64,000 nt of DNA from Thermodesulfovibrionales bacterium (GCA_044450345.1 JBIOIY010000002.1:32001-96000), one strand, 5' to 3'. Counted from the stretch's first letter, positions 27,729 to 37,495 are shown. Program-made: numbers and translations. The notes: a model not told the origin generated them from the letters alone.

Positions 27729-29609
27729 GTGGACGGTAGGCTTGAACAGATATTGAGAGCTTACCCGGAAAAGTTCGCCGCGGAAGAAGAGGTATTTGCC
27801 CATATACACCCCGGAGACAGGATATTCGTGGGTACCGGATGCGGTGAACCGCAGTGTCTTGTGCGGGCGCTTATAAAATATGTCCAGTCTCACCCGAAGG
27901 CATTTTTTGACGCTGAGGTGCTCCAGGTTTGGAACCTCGGCGTTTCGCCTTACGCTGATGAGAAGTTTAAGGACAATTTCCGGTACAACTCCTTCTTCAT
28001 CGGTGAGAACTCGAGGGAGACCGTCAATCAGGGCGCCGCGGATTACACGCCGATCTTTCTGTCGGCGGTGCCGGCTCTTTTCTACAGCAAGCGGATTCCG
28101 ATCGACGTCGCGCTGATACAGACTTCTACGCCTGATGTCCATGGCTTCATGAGTTTAGGGATAAGCGTCGACATCGTCAAGGCCGCTACGGAAAGCGCAT
28201 CACTGGTCATTGCGCAGGTCAACTCCAGTATGCCGCGGGTCCACGGCGACACCTTCATACACGTGAGGGACATAGATTTCATCATCCCATACGACGAGCC
28301 GCTGCTCGTATTCAGGACGGTGGTACCTGATGAGATCGCAGAGAAAATCGGCAGATATGTATCAAGAATAGTGCTGGACGGGGACACGATACAGGTCGGC
28401 TACGGAAGTATACCCAATGCGATACTCGGGCATTTGCGCGAAAAACGTCACCTGGGGGTGCATACGGAACTTCTCAGCGACGGGATCGCAGACCTCATGA
28501 AAAGGGGGGTCATAGACAATACCAGGAAGGCCCTGAACAGGGACAAGACCGTGGCCGCCTTTTGCATGGGCACGCCCGAGACTTACGAATTCATCAACGA
28601 CAACCCAAGCATAGAATTCAGGCCTGTAAGCTATACGAACAACCCTCTTAACATTGCGAGGAACGAAAATGTTACGGCGATAAACAGCGCGCTCGAAATA
28701 GACCTTACGGGCCAGGCAACGGCCGAGTCTCTCGGCAAGTATTTTTTCAGCGGGATAGGGGGACAGGCGGATTTCATGAGGGGAGCGATCCTTTCTAAAG
28801 GGGGTAAAACGATCCTTGCGCTCCAATCGACGGCCCAGGACGGCGAAGTGTCAAGAATAGTGCCTTTCCTGAAGGAGGGGGCGGGAGTCACGCTTACGAG
28901 GGGAGACGTCCACTACGTGGTGACTGAGTTTGGCATCGCCTATCTCCATGGGAAAAACATCAGGGAGCGTGCCATGGACCTGATCGCCATCGCCCACCCG
29001 AAATTCAGACATCGCCTCATAGAGGAAGCGAAGGAGCTGTCACTTATCTATAAGGACCAGGCATTTATACCTGGGAAAAAGGGCGAGTACCCGGAGACGC
29101 TCGAGACCTACAGGACGACAAAGGGCGGGCTGAAGATATTTTTACGACCCGTAAAGATAACAGATGAACACTCACTGAAGGATTTCTTCTATTCACTTTC
29201 CGGCGACAGTATGTATCGCAGGTTCATCTCAATCCGCGCAGATATGCATCATGACCGAATTCAGCAGTTTGTGGTCATAGATTATACGAAGGAAATGGTT
29301 ATCCTGGCGGCAGAGCAGGAGGGAGACAAGGAGGTGATCGCGGGCATGGGACAGTATTTTATCAATGAGAATACACATACTGCGGAGGTAGCTTTTTTGG
29401 TCCGTGATGAATATCAAGGCCAGGGAATAGGCACCGAGCTCCTGTTATACCTTACGTACCTCGCGAAGAAGAATGGGTTGCACGGTTTTACCGCAGAGGT
29501 GCTGGAGGACAACAAGCCGATGCTCCAGGTCTTCGAAAACGCGGGTTTCGAGATCGAGAAACATGTCGAAGCGGGCATGTATGAACTCGCAATGTCCTTC
29601 AGGGACTGA
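27729..29609 (+). CDS. Acetyl-CoA hydrolase/CoA-transferase fused to C-terminal GNAT acetyltransferase
   Basis: HLGVHTELLSDG, SGIGGQADFMRGA, VVTEFGIA, IAHPKFR; then AEVAFLVRDEYQGQGIG and NKPM. Confidence 0.9.
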   Translation: MDGRLEQILRAYPEKFAAEEEVFAHIHPGDRIFVGTGCGEPQCLVRALIKYVQSHPKAFFDAEVLQVWNLGVSPYADEKFKDNFRYNSFFIGENSRETVNQGAADYTPIFLSAVPALFYSKRIPIDVALIQTSTPDVHGFMSLGISVDIVKAATESASLVIAQVNSSMPRVHGDTFIHVRDIDFIIPYDEPLLVFRTVVPDEIAEKIGRYVSRIVLDGDTIQVGYGSIPNAILGHLREKRHLGVHTELLSDGIADLMKRGVIDNTRKALNRDKTVAAFCMGTPETYEFINDNPSIEFRPVSYTNNPLNIARNENVTAINSALEIDLTGQATAESLGKYFFSGIGGQADFMRGAILSKGGKTILALQSTAQDGEVSRIVPFLKEGAGVTLTRGDVHYVVTEFGIAYLHGKNIRERAMDLIAIAHPKFRHRLIEEAKELSLIYKDQAFIPGKKGEYPETLETYRTTKGGLKIFLRPVKITDEHSLKDFFYSLSGDSMYRRFISIRADMHHDRIQQFVVIDYTKEMVILAAEQEGDKEVIAGMGQYFINENTHTAEVAFLVRDEYQGQGIGTELLLYLTYLAKKNGLHGFTAEVLEDNKPMLQVFENAGFEIEKHVEAGMYELAMSFRD

Positions 29610-29632
29610 GCGCGCGACGTTAGGGGAAAAAA

Positions 29633-30313
29633 TTACTTCTTTTGCGACCTTTTCCCGATAAATGAGTCTATCGCTGCCTTATAGGCAGGCTGCAGACCGA
29701 CATATCGCACGCCGAAGCGGAGCATACCATCATCGCTTTTGACTATCCTCATGACCTCGGCATCTGCGGCGATTTTTGCGGCGCCGGGAAGGAAGAAAGA
29801 ACAGCTCATAATATCCCCCTTTTCGAGGGCCTTGTCCGTTTCAAGCAAGAGGCCGGTTGCACTAATGTCCTGTGAGGAACAGAAGAAAGGCTCGTTACCG
29901 AATTTGCCGTCGACCTTGGCCTTGAGGAGTACGCGGTAGCTCTTTCTCTCCGGAATATCCAGTAGCCTGCTGACATTTTCGATAAACTGCAGCGGCCGGA
30001 TAGGCTTTGTGACATGTGCATTCGCCTTGCACCTTGCAATGCGGCTAAGATCCGATTCACTCCCGCCGCATAGCATGATAAACGAGACCTGCTTCAGTTC
30101 CCCGTCATTTCTGATCATCGTACAGAGTTTGTCGCCGCTGATGACGGGCATGTCGAGATCGGCTATTATAAGATCGACCTTTTCCTTCCTATGAATAGCA
30201 AGGGCCTCATCGCTCGACATGGCGGTGAATATTTCGATATCCGACCTGTTAAGGATAGTCCGTTCCTTTTCAACCACCGTTTGCGCGTCGTTAACCAGCA
30301 ACACTTTCTTCAT
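29633..30313 (-). CDS. Receiver domain-PilZ protein
   Basis: IIADLDMP receiver; ERKSYR and DISATG PilZ motifs; start moved to MKKVLL. Confidence 0.82.
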   Translation of the reverse strand: MKKVLLVNDAQTVVEKERTILNRSDIEIFTAMSSDEALAIHRKEKVDLIIADLDMPVISGDKLCTMIRNDGELKQVSFIMLCGGSESDLSRIARCKANAHVTKPIRPLQFIENVSRLLDIPERKSYRVLLKAKVDGKFGNEPFFCSSQDISATGLLLETDKALEKGDIMSCSFFLPGAAKIAADAEVMRIVKSDDGMLRFGVRYVGLQPAYKAAIDSFIGKRSQKK

Positions 30314-30433
30314 CGAGTAATTTTTATACTTGAATCGCGCCCTCTTTGTCAAGAAAACCGTTTTTGACACCGTCAAATAGGACGATTTCGTCCCGCGTAC
30401 CAGGAAATCATCGGGACGACAAGATGAGTCGGC

Positions 30434-31204
30434 TTATTCGACTGCTCTGTTTACCTTGACTGCAAAGAGAAAATATCCGGCCGTTAGCGGTATGCTTGTG
30501 AGCCACCAGAATGGAAGGACAATCCCCGCAATATTAAGGACCGCACCAATGGCCATCACAGGCGTCATAGATACGGCCGCCAGCCGCATATATTTTCGGT
30601 AGTCCGAAGGTGTGCCCGGCGATCGCGTAATAAAAGAAGCGATTGCAGCAAAAATGGCTACCTCTATAAGGCGGACGAGGAAAAAAAAGAGCACCGCGAA
30701 AGGATACAGGATAACGGCGAAAGACCCTTCCAACTCATCTATCCATTCATAAAGAAGCCGCCGGTCCATGGAAAAACCGTCGATCCCCGATAGGTCGATG
30801 GTCCTGGTCTCCCCGGTACTGTTCCTGACAATGAGGGACGACTGTGAAACAAGTACAGCCGCCTTAGAACCCGTTAATGTGCGGATCTGTCCGGTCGTGT
30901 CGAAGACAATGAGAGGCTCTCCGGATTTTTCATCCTTCACGTAATACGGTTCAGGTCTGTCTATCGACACCTTTCCCTTGATGATCCTGACGGCCGGCAT
31001 CTGCGTTACTATTCTTGGCGCTTCTTCATTCAGCAGGGCTGAGAGTTCCGATTGAAGCAGAAGCACAAAAGGGATTGTGCAGAGGGCAACAATGGAGAAA
31101 AGGAAGAGAAGTCCGGCACCCTTCCAGTTCCTTCCGACATCTTGGTACAACGACCTCGAGAAGAAGGCCATAAAGAGCGGATGGATCAAAGAGTAGCGCT
31201 GCAT
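30434..31204 (-). CDS. DUF1189-like membrane protein
   Basis: N-terminal TM, extracytoplasmic loop, three C-terminal TMs; family recalled, not verified. Confidence 0.6.
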   Translation of the reverse strand: MQRYSLIHPLFMAFFSRSLYQDVGRNWKGAGLLFLFSIVALCTIPFVLLLQSELSALLNEEAPRIVTQMPAVRIIKGKVSIDRPEPYYVKDEKSGEPLIVFDTTGQIRTLTGSKAAVLVSQSSLIVRNSTGETRTIDLSGIDGFSMDRRLLYEWIDELEGSFAVILYPFAVLFFFLVRLIEVAIFAAIASFITRSPGTPSDYRKYMRLAAVSMTPVMAIGAVLNIAGIVLPFWWLTSIPLTAGYFLFAVKVNRAVE

Positions 31205-31239
31205 ATCATGATCGCGGGAAGTCAAAAGCGTTTTTTCCT

Positions 31240-31689
31240 CTAGTCCCGCGGCCAGACCGTCTTGATCATGAGCAGCAAAATCCCTATTGTGAGGGCCGAA
31301 TCCGCCACGTTGAACGCAGGCCAGTAGAAATCGCCGGCGTAGACCTCCAGAAAATCAATCACGTATCCGTGGACGACCCTGTCGGTCAAATTTCCGGCCG
31401 CGCCGCCCAGAATAAGCGAAAGGCCGGGCCTGTTGCCTCCGTCCTTTACGATCATGAGGGAGACCACCGCTATTGCGGCAGCCGATACTAAAATAAAAAA
31501 AGGATTCCCCATGCTCTTGAACATGCCGAAGGCCGAGCCTATGTTCCGGTAATACACGAGGTTGAAGGATGGGAGGACTTTAATAACCTGATAGAGGCCG
31601 AGATTATTTGTGATTATGTATTTCGTCACCTGGTCGCAAAGGAAAACGATGAGTGCTACTACAAAGTAGACGTAGGTTCTGGTTTTCAT
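31240..31689 (-). CDS. lspA: Lipoprotein signal peptidase II
   Basis: DQVTK, NIGSAFG, GGAAGNLTDR, VIDFL, WPAFNVADS. Confidence 0.96.
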   Translation of the reverse strand: MKTRTYVYFVVALIVFLCDQVTKYIITNNLGLYQVIKVLPSFNLVYYRNIGSAFGMFKSMGNPFFILVSAAAIAVVSLMIVKDGGNRPGLSLILGGAAGNLTDRVVHGYVIDFLEVYAGDFYWPAFNVADSALTIGILLLMIKTVWPRD

Positions 31690-31705
31690 TCAGTCAGGCT
31701 TCCGG

Positions 31706-32158
31706 TTAAACAATGTAGATCAGGGCGAATTCGTCGCATTCCGGGAATTTGGGGCATCTAATGCAGTCACCCCATATTTTTTGGGGAAGGTCCGATTTGT
31801 CAATATCTGTAAACCCCAATTTCTTGAAGAAAAGAGGCCGGTAAGTAAGGGCAAAAACCCTCTTTACTCCCAGTGCCTTTGCCTCGTCAAGACACCATTT
31901 TACCATCTTTTTTCCTATACCCATCCGTTGGGACTCTTTTTTTACCGCTAGAGAACGTATTTCGGCGAGGTCTTCCCACAGGATGTGCAGGGCGCAGACA
32001 CCGTGGATCTTTCCCTTCTCCTCGCTGACGACAAAATCCCGGACATTTTCATAAAGCTCATTGATCGAGCGGGGAATCATCTCTTCCCTTCGTGCGAATT
32101 CGTTTACGAGCTTCTGGATTTCCTTTATATCAGCTATCCTCGCCCTTCGTATCCTCAA
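31706..32158 (-). CDS. Short GNAT N-acetylglutamate synthase-like acetyltransferase
   Basis: WEDLAEIRSLAV, LPQKIWGDCIRCPKFPECDE. Confidence 0.85.
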   Translation of the reverse strand: MRIRRARIADIKEIQKLVNEFARREEMIPRSINELYENVRDFVVSEEKGKIHGVCALHILWEDLAEIRSLAVKKESQRMGIGKKMVKWCLDEAKALGVKRVFALTYRPLFFKKLGFTDIDKSDLPQKIWGDCIRCPKFPECDEFALIYIV

Positions 32159-32687
32159 TGTACTGTATCCCTTTCAAGATTGAATTTGTGTTTACTTTTA
32201 TCCCGTTTCCGACGGCCGACTTTGAAGGTCCCTCGACGATCTTCAGTATCGAAGACTTCCTGAGAAGTGCGGTTTCAGCGATGAGCGCACCGAGCATCAC
32301 CATGTTGGCCGCTTTCGTGTTTCCGGCCGAACTCGCTATCTCAGTTGCAGGAACGGAGATACCTCTTGCACCGTTCTTGATGACAAGGTCCTTGATGAAA
32401 GAACTGTCGTAGAAGATAAGCCCATGCCTCTTCAGTCTCGGCTGAAATTTCTCGAGAGACGCCTTGTTCATTATCACAAGGACATCGGGGCTCAGCACCA
32501 CGGGCGAACCGATCATTTCGTCCGAAACGATGACCGTGCAATTTGCCGTGCCGCCGCGCATTTCTGCGCCGTATGAGGGAAACCATGTAACTTCCTTGTT
32601 TTCCACCATTGCAGCATACGAAAGAACCTTGCCGAGAAACAATATCCCCTGTCCTCCGGAGCCGGCGATGATTACCCTTGTTTCCAT
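32130..32687 (-). CDS. 2-oxoacid:ferredoxin oxidoreductase gamma subunit
   Basis: AGSGGQG, PSYGAEMRGGTANCTV, ANMVMLGA. Confidence 0.92.
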   Translation of the reverse strand: METRVIIAGSGGQGILFLGKVLSYAAMVENKEVTWFPSYGAEMRGGTANCTVIVSDEMIGSPVVLSPDVLVIMNKASLEKFQPRLKRHGLIFYDSSFIKDLVIKNGARGISVPATEIASSAGNTKAANMVMLGALIAETALLRKSSILKIVEGPSKSAVGNGIKVNTNSILKGIQYIEDTKGEDS

Positions 32688-33437
32688 TCAGGTTGCCTCC
32701 GCGTATTTGTCTTTCACTATCCCCGGGGGGTATGCCTTCAGCATTTCAGCCCTTATCCATTCCAGTGACGCCCTCGGCGATAACCCCCAATCCGTGGGGC
32801 AAGGAGACAGGATTTCGATAAAGGCAAAGCCTTTTCCTTCTATCTGATATCTGAAGCATTTTTCTATCGCGGACCTTGCAATAACGAGATTCTTGTGGGA
32901 ATCGAGGGAGACCCTCTGGATAAAGGCGACACCTTCAATAGTGGCAAGGAGTTCAGATACATGCAAGGGGTATCCTTCTGAGGCCGCACTTCTTCCTGCG
33001 GGGGTTGTAGTTGTGCGCTGGCCCAAGAGAGTCGTGGGAGCCATCTGCCCGCCTGTCATACCGTAGTTTGCGTTATTGACGAAGAAGACGGATATGTTTT
33101 CTCCACGCGCAGCAGCATGCACGATTTCGGAAGTGCCGATTGCAGCCAGATCGCCGTCCCCCTGATAAGAAAATATTATCCTGCCCGGCATAACCCTTTT
33201 TAATGCGGTGGCGACGGCAGGAGGCCTTCCATGAGCCGATTCGAGAATGTCAAAATTAAAATAGTCATAAGAAAAGACCGCGCATCCGACAGGAGCTATC
33301 CCGATGACCTTTTCACGAATTTCGAGGGCATCTATGCATTCTGCGATCAGCCGGTGAGACAGACTATGGCCGCAGCCGGGACAATACCGGAACGGGACGG
33401 ATTTCAAACTCTTTGGTCTACGGAATATCTTTTCCAT
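32688..33437 (-). CDS. 2-oxoacid:ferredoxin oxidoreductase beta (TPP-binding) subunit
   Basis: YCPGCGH, PVGC, HGRPPA, QGDGDL, YGMTGGQMAPTT, LSPCPT. Confidence 0.92.
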   Translation of the reverse strand: MEKIFRRPKSLKSVPFRYCPGCGHSLSHRLIAECIDALEIREKVIGIAPVGCAVFSYDYFNFDILESAHGRPPAVATALKRVMPGRIIFSYQGDGDLAAIGTSEIVHAAARGENISVFFVNNANYGMTGGQMAPTTLLGQRTTTTPAGRSAASEGYPLHVSELLATIEGVAFIQRVSLDSHKNLVIARSAIEKCFRYQIEGKGFAFIEILSPCPTDWGLSPRASLEWIRAEMLKAYPPGIVKDKYAEAT

Positions 33438-33446
33438 TAATTCTCT

Positions 33447-33557
33447 CACTGAAACAAGATTGTCCTGTCTGCAAGGGTGATCGCATCGGCTTCAACCGTA
33501 TGCGGGAGGATTAATGTGAATTCCTCCACCAGTATCTTACCACGATGTCGGCCTCTG
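33447..33557 (-). pseudogene. Frameshifted GGDEF-domain remnant
   Basis: EADIVVRY in one frame, EEFTLILPHTVEADAITLADR in another; only 5 nt where the GG codons need 6. Confidence 0.55.
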
Positions 33558-33642
33558 GCGAAACCTCAGTAACTGGTTGCAATTTTTTTTAAAAACTATA
33601 TAATGTGTTTTAGATGATTGAATGCGGGACCTCAACCGATAA

Positions 33643-33978
33643 ATGGCCTGGAGTAAAAAGGGCATGAATTCGAGCCTAAAATGGGGCCTTGCCGCAAGTG
33701 TCGCTGTAATTTGCGTGATTATTTTTCTGTTTACACAGGGCTCGCCTGACGGTGCCGAACTTTTTAGAAGTCAGGGGTGTATCAATTGCCACAGTTTTAA
33801 AGGTAAGGGCGCAGAGGTCTGTCCTGACCTTACCGGGGTCACCCGTCGGAGGAGCGACGGCTGGATACGGGACCAGATTAAGAATTCGAAAAAGCACAAT
33901 CCGGACTCGCGGATGCCCGGCTTCGGGCATCTTTCCTACAGAGAAGTCAGCGCGATAATCCGTTATTTGAAGTCATAA
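33643..33978 (+). CDS. Monoheme cytochrome c, membrane-anchored
   Basis: TM helix, CINCH, PDL, distal MP. Confidence 0.85.
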   Translation: MAWSKKGMNSSLKWGLAASVAVICVIIFLFTQGSPDGAELFRSQGCINCHSFKGKGAEVCPDLTGVTRRRSDGWIRDQIKNSKKHNPDSRMPGFGHLSYREVSAIIRYLKS

Positions 33979-34024
33979 TGAATAAGGGAGGCTCAGATGA
34001 TAGGGACGGCGATAAATTTAAATT

Positions 34025-34041
34025 CTGGCACCGCTTCTGCA
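34025..34041 (+). promoter_or_regulatory. Putative sigma54 (-24/-12) promoter of hydrogenase operon
   Basis: CTGGCACCGCTTCTGCA: GG-N10-GC, about 100 bp upstream of small-subunit ATG. Confidence 0.55.
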
Positions 34042-34144
34042 ATCTGTCAATAAAAATATTTTATGGATTAATAAAATAAGTGTTGAATTTGGCAAACTTA
34101 TGAAATAAGCTGTACATAATGATAAACCGTTAAGGGGGTGCTGT

Positions 34145-35314
34145 ATGAAGGATATTTTGGATAGTCTTTCCACAGAGTCAGGAGAATCCCTTGAAAGGCT
34201 CATAAAGGGAGGGGTGTCACGCAGGGATTTCCTTAAATTCTGCACAGGAGTTGCAGTACTGCTGGGACTCCCTGTGGCAATGGGCTCAACGATCGCGGAG
34301 GCTGTGATAAGCTCTAAAAGGCCTCCTGTCCTTTGGCTCTCTGCTCAGGAATGCACCGGCTGTACTGAGAGCCTCTTAAGAACAAACCATCCGACCCTCG
34401 AAAAACTGATCCTCGAACTTATATCCCTTGATTATCACGAGACCCTTAATGCGGGGGCAGGGCATCAGGCCGAGGCTGCGCGTATTAAGTCAATGCAGGA
34501 GAATAAAGGGAAATATATTTTGGTGGTGGACGGTTCCATCCCTGTTAAGGACAATGGAATCTACTGCAAGATCGGCGGAAAAACCGCCCTTTCACTCCTC
34601 GAAGAGATGGGATCCCAGGCAGCGGCGGTCATTGCGATTGGTTCTTGTGCCTCCTGGGGAGGGGTACCTTCTGCAGATCCTAACCCGACCGGAGCAACCC
34701 CTGTTCATGAAATCTTCAAGACCAAGGGCATAAAAACACCGGTCGTAAATATTCCAGGATGTCCTCCCAATGGCTATAATTTTCTTTCCACGGTTTTGTA
34801 CTTCGTGACATTCAAAAAACTTCCGGAATTGGATGATCAGGGCAGGCCCAAGTTTGCCTATGGAAGGATAATACACGAAAACTGCGAACGGCGCCCTCAC
34901 TTCGACGCCGGCAGGTTCGCGGTGGAGTTCGGAGATGAAGGACACAGAAAAGGCTACTGTTTGTACAAACTGGGATGCAAAGGACCTGAGACATATAACA
35001 ACTGTCCCACATTGCTTTTTGGAGATGTGGGGTCCGGTGCGTGGCCTGTGGGGACGGGGCATCCCTGCTTCGGATGTTCCGAAAAAGGGGTCGGGTTTAC
35101 CGTGCCCCTCCATACTCCGTCGAGGCCGCAATATCTTACCCCTCCGGCGTTGTTTACGGAAGTCTACCCCGGTAAAGAAGGTGTTCCGTCGGGAGTCAAG
35201 GCACTGGCTGCCGGCTTTGCGGGAGCAGCGATAGGAGCTGCGGGAGCGGCAATACTTACCGGTCTTGGCAAGAAGGACGAAGAAAAAGAAGACAAAAAAG
35301 ACAAGGAGGGTTAA
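34145..35314 (+). CDS. hybO: [NiFe]-hydrogenase small subunit (Hyd-2/group 1c-like)
   Basis: Tat signal SRRDFLK, ECTGC, GSCASWGG, PGCPP, HENC, CLYKLGCKGP, WPVGTGHPCFGC, C-terminal TM. Confidence 0.95.
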   Translation: MKDILDSLSTESGESLERLIKGGVSRRDFLKFCTGVAVLLGLPVAMGSTIAEAVISSKRPPVLWLSAQECTGCTESLLRTNHPTLEKLILELISLDYHETLNAGAGHQAEAARIKSMQENKGKYILVVDGSIPVKDNGIYCKIGGKTALSLLEEMGSQAAAVIAIGSCASWGGVPSADPNPTGATPVHEIFKTKGIKTPVVNIPGCPPNGYNFLSTVLYFVTFKKLPELDDQGRPKFAYGRIIHENCERRPHFDAGRFAVEFGDEGHRKGYCLYKLGCKGPETYNNCPTLLFGDVGSGAWPVGTGHPCFGCSEKGVGFTVPLHTPSRPQYLTPPALFTEVYPGKEGVPSGVKALAAGFAGAAIGAAGAAILTGLGKKDEEKEDKKDKEG

Positions 35315-35318
35315 GGCC

Positions 35319-36314
35319 ATGAGTATGGAAAGGCGAGACTTCTTGAAGATAGCCGCCGGAAGCGGACTGCTCCTTGCCTCTAAAGTGAACCCCGCACTTG
35401 CCAGCATGCCTACGGAGCTGCCTCCTCAGGCCGTCGGCATTCTTTATGACGCGACGCTCTGCATCGGCTGTAAGTCCTGTATGGTGAATTGCAAGATTTA
35501 CAATAGCGTACCGGGCGGAGCGCTTTATCAGAAAGGCCGCACAATCTCGTATGAAGTGAAGCCTGGTGAGCCTTATTGGGATGCGGCGGAAAATCTTTCA
35601 TCGAAAACGGTCAATGTTATCAAGATCAATAAAAGCGGGACTGGAGTGAACAAGGACAGCGTTGAAAACGGCTTTTCCTTCATAAAACAGCACTGTCTTC
35701 ATTGTATATCTCCGGCCTGCGTATCGGTATGCCCGGTCGGTGCAATCAAAAAAGATCCTGTGAACGGTGTCGTCTCGTATGATCGAGACCGGTGCTTCGG
35801 TTGCCGTTACTGTATGATTGCCTGTCCGTTCAATATTCCGAGATATGAATTTGAGAGCGCGAATCCAAGGATCAGGAAATGCCAGCTGTGCTATCACCGG
35901 TATGCGGAAGGAAAGTATTCCGCATGCTGTGAGTTCTGCCCGACAGGGGCGTCAATTTTCGGAAAGGTCGTAGACCTCAGGAAAGAGGCCCAAAAAAGAC
36001 TTACGCTGAAACCCGGAACAGAGTATGACTTTCCGGTTCAGACAGTCGATTCGACTCAAAAAATGCGACGCCCTGTTTCAAAGTATTTAAACCATGTTTA
36101 CGGAATGACGGAGGTGGGGGGCACCCAGTATCTATTACTTGCCGGGGTGCCGTTTGATTGGCTGGGATTCAACAAGAATATCAAGGACTCTTACCTTCCC
36201 GATCTTACCTGGGCGTACATAGCCAAGATTCCGGCTGTGATCGCAGGGATAATCCTCGCCGGCACAGCGACCTGGGCCGTTACCAGGAACAAGAACAAAG
36301 ATAAGGAGGGATGA
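35319..36314 (+). CDS. hybA: Hydrogenase-2 Fe-S subunit HybA
   Basis: Tat ERRDFLK, YDATLCIGCKSC, CLHCISPACVSVCP, CFGCRYCMIACPF, CCEFCPTGA. Confidence 0.93.
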   Translation: MSMERRDFLKIAAGSGLLLASKVNPALASMPTELPPQAVGILYDATLCIGCKSCMVNCKIYNSVPGGALYQKGRTISYEVKPGEPYWDAAENLSSKTVNVIKINKSGTGVNKDSVENGFSFIKQHCLHCISPACVSVCPVGAIKKDPVNGVVSYDRDRCFGCRYCMIACPFNIPRYEFESANPRIRKCQLCYHRYAEGKYSACCEFCPTGASIFGKVVDLRKEAQKRLTLKPGTEYDFPVQTVDSTQKMRRPVSKYLNHVYGMTEVGGTQYLLLAGVPFDWLGFNKNIKDSYLPDLTWAYIAKIPAVIAGIILAGTATWAVTRNKNKDKEG

Positions 36315-36318
36315 CCAT

Positions 36319-37446
36319 ATGAACCAGCGAGACATTAAACTGATCACTCCTACCACTGTGGTGCTGCTTCTTATCATTGCCGTTGGCGCTGTCGCTGGCC
36401 TGTACCGGGTGTTCTTCGGACTCGGGGCATCAACGCATCTCAATGATGTATGGCCGTGGGGTTTATGGATATCCTTCGATGTCTTGGGCGGCGTTGCTCT
36501 GGCAGCAGGAGGGTTTGTCATTGCAGGAGCGGTTTATATTTTGAACTGGAAGAAATACAAGCCGATTGTAAGGCCGGCGATACTGAACGCATTTTTCGGT
36601 TATCTCCTGGCGGCTACTTCAATAACGCTTGACATTGGGCTTCCCTGGCGCATATATCACCCATTGATTATGTGGCAGATCAACTCTATTATGTTCATTG
36701 TGGCCATCCATGTGGTGCTTTATACGACCACTCTTGCTACAGAGTCCAGTCCGATGTTCTTTGAGAAACTCAAAATGCCGAGGGCCCTGAACTTCATTCA
36801 AAGGATTATGGTAGGCATAGTCTTGTTCGGCGTGCTTCTTTCCACGCTGCACCAGTCATCACTCGGAGCGGTCTTTCTTATCGCTCCGACGAAAGTGTCA
36901 CCCCTTTGGTACAGCAGCAAGCTCCCTTACATGTTTCTTGTCTCTGCAGTAGTGCTGGCGCTTTCAATGGTGAGCTTTGAGACGATTTTGAGCGGAAGGG
37001 TCTTTAAACATAAGCCCCCCATGGACATCCTCCACGGCATGGCAAGGGGTTCTTTGATTGTTATCGGTCTTTATTTGTTCCTGAAAATATGGGACCTGGT
37101 TAGAGGCCCTGGCATAGGACTGGCGTTTAACGGGAGTCTGACTTCCAATATGTACCTCCTTGAAATGATCATAGGGATTATTCTTCCCTTTGTATTACTT
37201 CTGAATAGCGGCGTTAGGACCCGGCTAAACGGCATTTTTTGCGTCAATATACTCGTGATAATCGGAACCGTGCTCAATCGTATGAACGTCGGCATCTTCA
37301 GCATGGTCGAATACAACGGTTTGATGGGGCGTGATTATTTCCCTTCGTGGATGGAAATCGCGGTCACGATGGCGATGGTGGCCTTTGCAGTTTTGGGATT
37401 TAAAGTCTGCGTAAAATACTTGAATGTTCTGAAACTGGAGCACTGA
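36319..37446 (+). CDS. hybB: HybB/NrfD-family membrane anchor
   Basis: LGASTHLNDVWPWGLWISFD, TLHQSSLG, NRMNV, YFPSWMEI. Confidence 0.93.
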   Translation: MNQRDIKLITPTTVVLLLIIAVGAVAGLYRVFFGLGASTHLNDVWPWGLWISFDVLGGVALAAGGFVIAGAVYILNWKKYKPIVRPAILNAFFGYLLAATSITLDIGLPWRIYHPLIMWQINSIMFIVAIHVVLYTTTLATESSPMFFEKLKMPRALNFIQRIMVGIVLFGVLLSTLHQSSLGAVFLIAPTKVSPLWYSSKLPYMFLVSAVVLALSMVSFETILSGRVFKHKPPMDILHGMARGSLIVIGLYLFLKIWDLVRGPGIGLAFNGSLTSNMYLLEMIIGIILPFVLLLNSGVRTRLNGIFCVNILVIIGTVLNRMNVGIFSMVEYNGLMGRDYFPSWMEIAVTMAMVAFAVLGFKVCVKYLNVLKLEH

Positions 37447-37495
37447 CTATGCGTATGAACTATAGCAGGAAAATATATTTCAGGAGGTGGTCGAC

